This document shows, piece after piece, positions 7,688 to 15,328 of a stretch of 20,722 nucleotides of DNA. Position 1 is the stretch's first letter. Every line of letters begins with the position of its first letter. A program made the position numbers and the translations under genes. Source of the stretch: Verrucomicrobiota bacterium (GTDB taxonomy: Bacteria; Verrucomicrobiota; Verrucomicrobiia; Verrucomicrobiales; DEV007). The stretch is taken from the NCBI GenBank assembly GCA_045046875.1, contig JASFYY010000001.1, positions 1 through 20,722 of the forward strand. Direction: 5' to 3'. Below the pieces are notes generated by a model, which was not told where the DNA came from, ran no database searches, and saw nothing but the letters and a program-made list of their open reading frames with translations.

Positions 7688-8594
7688 TCTGGCCATAGGC
7701 ATTGATCTCGGCGGCACCAATGTGAAAGGCGTGTTGATTCGGGAGGACGGCGAGCTGTTGCAATCACTGCAAATGCCGATGCAGGATAGATTGGTGGGTG
7801 GTAAGGAGCCGGCAGATCATTGGAAGCAGGTGGTGAGGCAAATGCTGGCCGATCTGGAGGGTGGTCGCAGGGTCGAGGTGGTGGGGTTGTCCGCTCCTGG
7901 ACTGCCGGATAAAAACAATGAAAAAATTGTGACGATGCCGGGGCGTTTGTTGGGGTTGGAGGGATTGCATTGGGGGGATTATTTAAACAAGCAGCGAGTA
8001 ACGGTGCTCAATGATGCGCTGTCGGCGCTGATGGCGGAATGTAGTTTTGGCGTGGGCAAGGGCATGCAGAATGTGATCATGCTTACTCTGGGAACCGGGG
8101 TAGGCGGGGGCATTATGATTGGTGGGGAAGTTTATCAGGGTCATGGGCAACGTGCGGGACATTTGGGGCACATGGTGATTGATTCAACTGAGCAGCCGGG
8201 GATCACCCGTACGCCGGGTAGTCTTGAGGACGCGATTGGCAATGCTACGCTCGAGGTGCGTTCGCAGGGGAAGTTTAAAAGCACTGAGAATTTGGTGAAA
8301 GCTTATGAAAGTGGAGACCAAGAGGCGGCGCGTGTCTGGTTGGAATCGGTGCGCAAGTTGGCGGTGGGGATTTGTTCTCTGTGCAATGTGATTTCTCCGC
8401 ACTTGGTTATTTTGGGTGGCGGCATTGCGCTGGCAGGAGAGGCGTTGTTCAAGCCCTTGGCTGAGTTCATGGAGCTTTATGAGTGGCGTCCGCAGGGATT
8501 AGAAACTGTGATCAAAAAAGCAGAACTCAATGAGTTTGCCGGCGCGATAGGTGCGGCCGCTTTTGCATTTAAAGATAGTGGAGATAGAAGTTAA
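7677..8594 (+). CDS. ROK family sugar kinase, atypical (no Cys-rich Zn motif, no HTH)
   Basis: GIDLGGT, GLSAPG, LNDA, TLGTGVGGG, GHLGH, VILGGGIA, AGAIGAA; ATG7677 overlaps the end of the SDR gene. Confidence 0.92.
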   Translation: MKGNLAIGIDLGGTNVKGVLIREDGELLQSLQMPMQDRLVGGKEPADHWKQVVRQMLADLEGGRRVEVVGLSAPGLPDKNNEKIVTMPGRLLGLEGLHWGDYLNKQRVTVLNDALSALMAECSFGVGKGMQNVIMLTLGTGVGGGIMIGGEVYQGHGQRAGHLGHMVIDSTEQPGITRTPGSLEDAIGNATLEVRSQGKFKSTENLVKAYESGDQEAARVWLESVRKLAVGICSLCNVISPHLVILGGGIALAGEALFKPLAEFMELYEWRPQGLETVIKKAELNEFAGAIGAAAFAFKDSGDRS

Positions 8595-8612
8595 AAGTTT
8601 AATGCGTTTGAG

Positions 8613-9395
8613 ATGGTAAAAGAATACTTGGAAAAATGTAGGGGGCTGGTGGATACGGTGGGCGCTCAGGAAGAGGCGATTCAACAAGCTGCTGGTTGGT
8701 TTGCGGAATCGATCTTGGCAGGCAGGATGGTACATCTGTTTGGTTCGGGGCATAGCCGTATTTTTGTGGAGGAAATGTGGCCGCGTTATGGTTCATTTCC
8801 CGGCTTCAATCCGATTGTGGAATTGTCGCTGACCTTTCATAATCTGGTGGTTGGTGCGAATGGTCAGCGACAGGCGATGTTTTTGGAGAATGTGCCTGGT
8901 TTGGCGGAAAGGATATTGCGGAATTTTGATCTGAGCACGCTGGATTGCGCGTTGGTGGTTTCTTCCAGTGGCTGCAATGTGGTGCCGATAGAGATGGCTG
9001 AGAATTTCCAAAAACGTGGGGTGAAGGTGGTGGCGTTGGTTTCCCAGCAACACGTTGATGCCAGCACCAGCAAGCGTGAGGATGGCTTGAAGCTCACTGA
9101 TTTTGCCGATTTGGTTCTGGATACGGGTGCCCCAGCAGGTGACGCCATGGTGAAGGTGCCCGATTTGGATACGCCGGTCGCGCCGGGATCTACGGTGGGC
9201 GGGGTGATGGTGGTGAATTGTATCAAAGCGGAAATAGCCAGGATCATGACCGAAGCCGGAGAGCCTCCCACGGTGCTGAGCGCGGCGGTGGTGGTAGGGA
9301 GGGAGAGGGCGGTCGAGCTTTTTGAATCAGCTTATGACGAACATGCTCACCGTCTGGCTAAACTTTATCAAAAGGTGGGAGAGCACAATGACTGA
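8613..9395 (+). CDS. Single SIS-domain sugar-phosphate isomerase-like protein (UPF0309-like)
   Basis: VHLFGSGHS, VVSSSGCNVVPIEMA, GVKVVAL, ADLVLD..P.GDA, PGST. Confidence 0.88.
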   Translation: MVKEYLEKCRGLVDTVGAQEEAIQQAAGWFAESILAGRMVHLFGSGHSRIFVEEMWPRYGSFPGFNPIVELSLTFHNLVVGANGQRQAMFLENVPGLAERILRNFDLSTLDCALVVSSSGCNVVPIEMAENFQKRGVKVVALVSQQHVDASTSKREDGLKLTDFADLVLDTGAPAGDAMVKVPDLDTPVAPGSTVGGVMVVNCIKAEIARIMTEAGEPPTVLSAAVVVGRERAVELFESAYDEHAHRLAKLYQKVGEHND

Positions 9396-10764
9396 AATAT
9401 TCAAACAGATGGATATCCCTCTTTTGACGGAGGTTGATATTCTAGTTATTGGCGGAGGTTCGGCCGGTTGTCTGGCTGCGATATCGGCAGGGCAACAGAG
9501 CGAGCCTTCAGTGCTCTTGATCGAGCGTTATGGTTTTCTCGGAGGTTCATCCACTCAGATGTTGGACACTTTTTATGGGTTTTTTACTCCGGGTGAAAAA
9601 CCTCGAAAAGTGGTGGCAGGTTTGCCGGGGCAGGTGGTGGATGCTCTCGATGCAAGCGGCGATATTTTTCTTCGAGCGAACACCTACGGAGCTGGCACGG
9701 GAGTTAATTATAATCCCGAGCGGCTCAAGTTGCTTTGGGATCAGTTGCTGGCGCAGGCAGGGGTGAAGGTGGCTTTGCACTCTTCTCTGGTGGCGGTAGA
9801 GAAGGTGGAGGAAGAGGGGATCGTGTGTGTGATCTGGCACAAGTCGGGTTTTTACAAGGTGAAAGCCAAACGGGTGATCGATGCTTCCGGGGATGCGGAT
9901 TTTTGTCATCTGGCGGGTTACGCTTATGAAAAAGCGGGGGAAACGGAAGCCGCGCAGAGCATGACCACGACGTTTAGAATGAGCAATGTGGATCTGGAGC
10001 GATTTGAGTTGGCCGGGGGTAAAAAGATGTTGAAGCAGAAGATGACCTTGGCAGTGGAACAGGGGCGGCACCCGTTGCCGCGTAAGGAGGGCTCGGCTCA
10101 CGCGATGTGTCAGAGCGGCTGTATATCAACGGTGGCGGTGAAAGTAGGGCAATTGGATCCTCTGGATGTGTTTGAGATGTCTCGTGCGGAAGAGCAGGGG
10201 CGCAGACAGGCTTTTATTTTTGAGAAGTTTTTTCAGGATGATGTCCCTGGTTATGAAGGCGCTAGTATTATAGGTCTTTCGCACCAAATAGGGGTCAGGG
10301 AGACGCGGCGAGTTTATGGAGAAGGGCGTTTGAACAAGGCGCACTGCATGAGTGGGCGGGTGACAGATGACAGCATTTTTCTCTGTGGCGCGCCGGTAGA
10401 AGATCATCGACAGGGGGTAAATGGGGAGGATGAAACCTATTGGCAGTATATTCCTGAGAGTGGTGTGTATGGGGTTTCGTACCAGACCACGGTTCCTATA
10501 GATAGTGAGCAGGTATGGGTAGCAGGACGATGTTTTTCGGCAACCCATGAGGCTCACGCTTCCTGTCGTTCGATGGCTCAGACTATGGCGATGGGGCAGG
10601 CGGTGGGTTTGGCTGCGGTGCAGTCATTGCGAGAGGGAGGAAGTGCCAAGGCTTTGGATGTGAAAAGATTGAGACAGAGCTTGGTTGAACGCGGTGCTGT
10701 TTTGGAGTTGCCGGAAGAGTGTGCTGACATCAGCAGAGAGGGCTGGGGGAAGAGTGCGGATTGA
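9388..10764 (+). CDS. FAD-dependent oxidoreductase (FAD_oxidored-like family)
   Basis: DILVIGGGSAG, LIERYGFLGG, IDASGDAD, GVRETRR, VAGRCFSA..A.AS.R.M...MAMGQAVG; ATG9388 overlaps the SIS stop (ATGACTGA). Confidence 0.9.
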   Translation: MTEIFKQMDIPLLTEVDILVIGGGSAGCLAAISAGQQSEPSVLLIERYGFLGGSSTQMLDTFYGFFTPGEKPRKVVAGLPGQVVDALDASGDIFLRANTYGAGTGVNYNPERLKLLWDQLLAQAGVKVALHSSLVAVEKVEEEGIVCVIWHKSGFYKVKAKRVIDASGDADFCHLAGYAYEKAGETEAAQSMTTTFRMSNVDLERFELAGGKKMLKQKMTLAVEQGRHPLPRKEGSAHAMCQSGCISTVAVKVGQLDPLDVFEMSRAEEQGRRQAFIFEKFFQDDVPGYEGASIIGLSHQIGVRETRRVYGEGRLNKAHCMSGRVTDDSIFLCGAPVEDHRQGVNGEDETYWQYIPESGVYGVSYQTTVPIDSEQVWVAGRCFSATHEAHASCRSMAQTMAMGQAVGLAAVQSLREGGSAKALDVKRLRQSLVERGAVLELPEECADISREGWGKSAD

Positions 10765-10801
10765 ATGGGCTATTAAGAGTTTTGAAATCAAAGGAGGATA
10801 G

Positions 10802-11749
10802 ATGGCATTTATCAGGACAGTTCTAGGAGATGTGGATGTGGCAGAAATGGGGTTTTGCTACAGTCATGAACATGTCGTTATTGAAGAGGGCTATGTGACG
10901 GAGAAAAACGATCTTTTTCTATTAAATGACGCGGATAAAATTTCGCAGGAATTGCAGGGAGTTTATGAAGAAGGAGGGCGGACGATGGTGGATACCATGC
11001 CTGCAGCAGCGGGCAGAAATGTCCTGAAGTTGGCGGAAGTTTCACGACGCAGCAAGCTGCATCTTATTGCTCCAACAGGTCTTCATTTGGCCATTTACTA
11101 CCCTGCGAATCATTGGCAGTTTCATTATTCAGAAGATCAGCTAAGCCAATTATTCATCGATGATGTCACGCTTGGGATTGATGCTTTTGATTACAGCGGG
11201 CCGCTGGTGCAAAGGACGTCGCACAAAGCAGGTCTGGTGAAGTTGGCGACAGAAGGTGGGAATTTCACTGTTCATCAGGAAAAAATCTTTCGAGCGGTGG
11301 TGTCGACTCATCTGGAAACGGGTGTTTCGATTTTGACCCACAGCAAGGGCGCGACAAATGCTCTTGAGCAAGTGGCCTTGTTCGACCGGTTAGGCGCGGA
11401 TCTGCCGCATGTGGTGATCTCTCATGTGGATAAAGAAACAGACTTGGGCTTCCACCGTGAATTGTTGCAGACGGGAGTGAGAGTGGAGTATGACAGTGCG
11501 TTTCGTTGGAAGCAAGGGCAGGAGAATAATACGTATGAACTATTGAAGGTTCTACTGCCTGAGTTTCCAGAGCAAATCACCATGGGAATGGATGCCGCCA
11601 AACACAGTTATTGGAAATCCTATGGAGGAAGCCCGGGGCTTGATTTTTTGCTGACGGATTTCAAAGAGGACTTGCAGCAGATGGGATTAGAAAAATATTA
11701 CGATGATATTTTCATCAAAAATCCAGCGCACCTGTTCAGCTTCCGATGA
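10802..11749 (+). CDS. Phosphotriesterase-family (PTE/PHP-like) binuclear metal hydrolase, possible lactonase
   Basis: IRTVLG, SHEH, VD.MP..GRN, PTGLH, AGLVKLA (bridging Lys), THS, SHVD, GMD, NPA; strong SD AAAGGAGG upstream. Confidence 0.9.
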   Translation: MAFIRTVLGDVDVAEMGFCYSHEHVVIEEGYVTEKNDLFLLNDADKISQELQGVYEEGGRTMVDTMPAAAGRNVLKLAEVSRRSKLHLIAPTGLHLAIYYPANHWQFHYSEDQLSQLFIDDVTLGIDAFDYSGPLVQRTSHKAGLVKLATEGGNFTVHQEKIFRAVVSTHLETGVSILTHSKGATNALEQVALFDRLGADLPHVVISHVDKETDLGFHRELLQTGVRVEYDSAFRWKQGQENNTYELLKVLLPEFPEQITMGMDAAKHSYWKSYGGSPGLDFLLTDFKEDLQQMGLEKYYDDIFIKNPAHLFSFR

Positions 11750-11789
11750 ATTCGAAAGAGAGTTAAGTTCAGCCAGTTTTTAATAAATT

Positions 11790-12674
11790 ATGAAAACCCT
11801 ATCAAGACGTAGAATGTTGTCACAGAGCGTAGCGGGAGCGTCGATATTTTCCAGTGCCTCGTTTTTTCACAAACTTTTTGCAGAACCCCAGTCGCGGCGG
11901 TTTAAGATAGGTGCCTGTGATTGGTCGATAGGTAAACTAGCTGATGTGGGAGCCTTTGAACTCGCCAAACAGATTGGCCTTGATGGGATTCAGGTCAGTT
12001 TGGGGACGGAGAAAGACGGCATGAAACTGCGTCGTCCCGAGGTTCAGCAGCTTTATCGTCAGGCGGCCAAAAAGACAGGAGTTCAGGTTTCGGCTTTGGC
12101 TATTGGTGAGCTTAATCGTATTCCTTACAAGAGTGATGCGCGTGCGATTGAATGGGTGAGTGATAGCATCGACGTGTGTCAGGCCATGGGGTGCAAGGTG
12201 GTGTTGTTAGCTTTTTTTTCCAAGGGGGATCTCAAGGGTGATAAAAAAGGCACCGATGAAGTGGTGAGACGTTTGAAGGAAGTGGCGTCCAAAGCGGAAA
12301 AAGCAGGGGTGATTCTTGGCATCGAGAGTTGGCTGAGCGCCGAAGAGCACATGGATATCATTGATCGAGTGGGCTCCCGTGCGGTGCAGGTTTATTATGA
12401 CGTGGCCAATTCGAATAAGATGGGTTACGACATTTATGAAGAAATTCGCTGGTTGGGAAAACAAAAGCAGATTTGTGAATTTCACATGAAGGAGAATGGC
12501 TTTTTATTAGGTCAGGGGAAAGTTGATTTTCAGAAAGTAAGGGCTGCTATCGATGATATTGATTACAGCGGCTGGATGCAGATCGAATCGGCGATCCCTC
12601 GCGGGCAAGCGATGCTGGAAAGTTATCGAGCGAATGAGAAATACCTGCGCTCTGTATTCCCACGGGAAGCGTGA
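11790..12674 (+). CDS. Tat-exported sugar phosphate isomerase/epimerase, xylose-isomerase-like TIM barrel (UlaE/hexulose-6-P isomerase-like)
   Basis: N-terminal SRRRML twin-arginine signal; GACDW, GLDGIQ, candidate metal ligands in GIES, YYDVAN, FHMKE, QIE. Confidence 0.87.
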   Translation: MKTLSRRRMLSQSVAGASIFSSASFFHKLFAEPQSRRFKIGACDWSIGKLADVGAFELAKQIGLDGIQVSLGTEKDGMKLRRPEVQQLYRQAAKKTGVQVSALAIGELNRIPYKSDARAIEWVSDSIDVCQAMGCKVVLLAFFSKGDLKGDKKGTDEVVRRLKEVASKAEKAGVILGIESWLSAEEHMDIIDRVGSRAVQVYYDVANSNKMGYDIYEEIRWLGKQKQICEFHMKENGFLLGQGKVDFQKVRAAIDDIDYSGWMQIESAIPRGQAMLESYRANEKYLRSVFPREA

Positions 12675-12689
12675 GCGGCATTCTGCTGC

Positions 12690-12718
12690 AAAATGGGGTC
12701 AGGCAACAATTCTTGACA
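12690..12718 (+). repeat. Dispersed intergenic AAAATGGGGTCRGGC motif, copy B, ending in TTGACA
   Basis: AAAATGGGGTCAGGCAACAATTCTTGACA; matches the copy at 2990 and shares TGGGGTCAG with 1310-1318. Confidence 0.55.
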
Positions 12719-12743
12719 AATGAAGAGGAGTCCCGTTTATGTT

Positions 12744-12775
12744 TTCCTGATTCCTGATTCCTGATTCCTGATTCC
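12744..12775. repeat. Heptamer tandem repeat (TTCCTGA)x4 + TTCC
   Basis: Four perfect copies starting at 12744, 12751, 12758 and 12765, plus a partial fifth. Confidence 0.95.
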
Positions 12776-12817
12776 GGCAGACGGCTTGTCTACTTTAAAA
12801 AACTTGGTTTTTAAAAA

Positions 12818-15034
12818 ATGAAATATAGAATAGGGGTTATGAATATTTTACGAAATAGCTTTTATAACGGGGGTTTGTTGGCTTTCATAGCGACGTTATT
12901 TTTTACCTCAGTTATGCCAAAGCTGCAGGCGCAGCAAGCGGGAGGCGAGGGAGGCAGAGGTAAGACCATTATCGTTTTTGATGCATCGGGTTCGATGTGG
13001 GGCGAGGTGAGTGGTGGAGTGAAGATCGATATCGCAAAAAAAGCGATCACTGAGTTATTACCAACGATTGAAGTCGGGCAGCAAATCGGTCTGATTGCTT
13101 ACGGTCATCGGAAAAAGGGAGATTGCTCGGATATCGAGTTGTTGGTGCCTCCTGCTGCAGGGAATCGCGCGGCGATTTTGAGAGCGGTGGAGGGCATTGT
13201 GCCGAAGGGAAAAACTCCTTTGTGTGACGCGGTGTTGATGGCGGCCGATTCATTGAAGTTCGAAGAGAGCAAAGCCACGGTTATTTTGATCTCTGACGGT
13301 ATCGAAACTTGTGGCAAGGATCCTTGTCAGGTGGGAGCTCAACTAGAGGCCAAGGGGATTGATTTTGTCTGTCACGTGGTGGCTTTTGATATCAGTCGGG
13401 AAAAAAATGCCGGGCTGGATTGTCTGGCTAATAAAACCGGCGGACTTTATTTGGAGGCCAGGGATGCGGCTAGTTTGAAGAGTGCTCTCAGTCAGGTGGT
13501 GAAAGCGACGGTAAAAAAACCGGTGATGATGAAAAAAACCTATTTGGTTTTGCGAGGTAAAGATGGAGCGGGCAAGATACTGGCTAAAGGAGTGGAGTTT
13601 GCTATTTACAAAGGAGACGAGGTGAAGGGGGAGCCGGTGTATAAAGGGAGCGGTGGGGAATTTAAAACCGATTTGGCTGCGGGTGAGTACACGGTGACCG
13701 GTCAGTTTGGTAAAATGAAAGCGGAGAGCACGCTGCAAGTTCCCGAGGGGAAAACGGGTATTCACGAAATGATTTTCAAGGCGGTGGGTTTGAAGTTGCG
13801 GGCGCTCATGGTGGTAGGGGAGGAGCCGCTTGATAAAGGGCTTTCGTGGAAGATTTATCGCGAGGGCAGTGATCGCAGCAGCAAGCCGTTTGATAGTTCC
13901 TATAAGGCAGAGCCACTGTTTGACCTCGAGCCGGGTAAATATGTGGTGTGGGTGGGCTATGAAGAATCGACGGTAGAAAAGGCGGTGGAAATGGTCGAGG
14001 GCAAAGCTAATGAACTGACCTTGGTATTGGGCTCAGGCACTCTTTTACCTAGCGTAAAAATGGATGAAAAGTCGGAGGTGCTGAAGAAGGGTTTATCATG
14101 GACTTTGTATCATGCAGAGCGTGACAGTGAAGGTGATTTGCGCAAGGCTGCTCATTCCTACAACGCGCAGCCAAATCTGGTGGTGGCGGGAGGCAAGTAC
14201 CTGTTGCAGGTGAAGTACGGGGATTCTATTACCAAGAAGGAGATTGAAGTGAAGGCTGGGGAGAAAACCGAAGTATTATTGACCTTTGGCTCAGGCACTC
14301 TTGAGGCCAAGGCGTTTTTTGTCGATGGAGGGGAGCAGGTCGATAAAGGCTTGTCGTGGACTTTATACAGTCAAGTTGACGGAGAAGGTGATAGGAAGAA
14401 GGTTTCTCATACTTATGGTGCGGTTACTGCATTTAAAGTGCCGGCGGGCATGTATTTATTGACGCTTAAGAGAGGGCAAGCAAAGGTTGAAAAAGAAGTG
14501 GAAGTTTTGTCAGGTGAAAAAACCGTGATTCAAGTGTCGTTGAATGCGGGCATTTGGAAGGGAGAGGCAGTGATGAGTGAAGCTTCCGAGGTGATCAGTA
14601 AAGATACCAGTTGGACGGTGTATTCTCAGGCGGACAGTGAAGGTGAGCGTCACAAGGTGAGCCACAGTTATGGCAATTCGACGTTCACCCTATCAGCAGG
14701 ACGTTACCTTGTGCACCTTAAGCGGGGAGCTGCCAAGGTGGAGCAAGAGATTGAGGTGGTGGCTGCCAAGGTGACAAGTGATCGTTTCGTTTTGAACGCA
14801 GGCACTGTGGCTTTGACTGGAGAAGGGAAAAAGGAAGCGAGCGTACGGGTGGATTCGATTAAGGGCGATGAGCGCGAGAAAGTCGTCAGGGATTATGGTA
14901 ACAAGCAGAAATATTATCTACCAGTCGGGGATTATGTGGCGGTGTTTGCCAGGAAAGTCGGTGATGAGAAAAAAGTGACTGAAACCAGTTTTACTGTAGA
15001 GGCTGGGAAGTTTTTGGAGGTGGGGTTGAAGTAG
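12818..15034 (+). CDS. Secreted vWA-domain protein with six tandem ~85-aa beta-sandwich repeats
   Basis: Signal-like N-terminus ending LQA-QQ; MIDAS DASGS, KTPL, ISDG; repeats with consensus GLSW.(I/L)Y...SY...G.Y...E.EV..G...L.(S/A)G. True start may be ATG12839. Confidence 0.88.
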   Translation: MKYRIGVMNILRNSFYNGGLLAFIATLFFTSVMPKLQAQQAGGEGGRGKTIIVFDASGSMWGEVSGGVKIDIAKKAITELLPTIEVGQQIGLIAYGHRKKGDCSDIELLVPPAAGNRAAILRAVEGIVPKGKTPLCDAVLMAADSLKFEESKATVILISDGIETCGKDPCQVGAQLEAKGIDFVCHVVAFDISREKNAGLDCLANKTGGLYLEARDAASLKSALSQVVKATVKKPVMMKKTYLVLRGKDGAGKILAKGVEFAIYKGDEVKGEPVYKGSGGEFKTDLAAGEYTVTGQFGKMKAESTLQVPEGKTGIHEMIFKAVGLKLRALMVVGEEPLDKGLSWKIYREGSDRSSKPFDSSYKAEPLFDLEPGKYVVWVGYEESTVEKAVEMVEGKANELTLVLGSGTLLPSVKMDEKSEVLKKGLSWTLYHAERDSEGDLRKAAHSYNAQPNLVVAGGKYLLQVKYGDSITKKEIEVKAGEKTEVLLTFGSGTLEAKAFFVDGGEQVDKGLSWTLYSQVDGEGDRKKVSHTYGAVTAFKVPAGMYLLTLKRGQAKVEKEVEVLSGEKTVIQVSLNAGIWKGEAVMSEASEVISKDTSWTVYSQADSEGERHKVSHSYGNSTFTLSAGRYLVHLKRGAAKVEQEIEVVAAKVTSDRFVLNAGTVALTGEGKKEASVRVDSIKGDEREKVVRDYGNKQKYYLPVGDYVAVFARKVGDEKKVTETSFTVEAGKFLEVGLK

Positions 15035-15115
15035 GGGGATAGGGGAAGTTTTACCGCGGATGACCCAGCTGGTCGCGGATAAGAAAGGGGGGAGATCAAT
15101 AAATTAGTTAATCGA

Positions 15116-15190
15116 GGCAGGTGGAGCACCCGCCCTACAAATGATGCCTCGAATGCTAAAATTGTTGTAGGGCGAGCGCCCCGCTTGCCC
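15116..15190. repeat. Inverted pair of GTAG-tagged REP palindromes
   Basis: Minus 15138..15116 GTAGGGCGGGTG-CTC-CACCTGCC and plus 15167..15190 GTAGGGCGAGCG-CCC-CGCTTGCCC; each forms a hairpin, both are preceded by TT, 28 nt apart, between convergent genes. Confidence 0.8.
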
Positions 15191-15328
15191 ACTTAGATTT
15201 TGCCTTGGTCAGTGATCGAGATAGATGTAGTTTTCACAGCTCTTCATGCGGCACCGCCGTCAACTCACTCCTCCAGGTGGAAGTTTGGAGGAAGGAGGCG
15301 TGCGAGTGTTATTTAAATCGGACTAGAG

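Noticed and set aside
10291..10299. GGGGTCAGG inside the FAD oxidoreductase gene
   Set aside because: Encodes G-V-R of the conserved GVRETRR motif, so it is explained by coding.
10802..11749. Organophosphate hydrolase (opd) call
   Set aside because: Family motifs do not specify that activity; there is no Tat signal and the sugar-cluster context favours a lactonase or esterase.
12690..12780. CRISPR-like array
   Set aside because: The repeats are contiguous 7-mers without spacers, and there are no cas genes in the window.
15269..15292. TCCTCCA/TGGAGGA hairpin after the giant gene as a terminator
   Set aside because: 7-bp stem, 10-nt loop and no U-tract; not distinguishable from chance.
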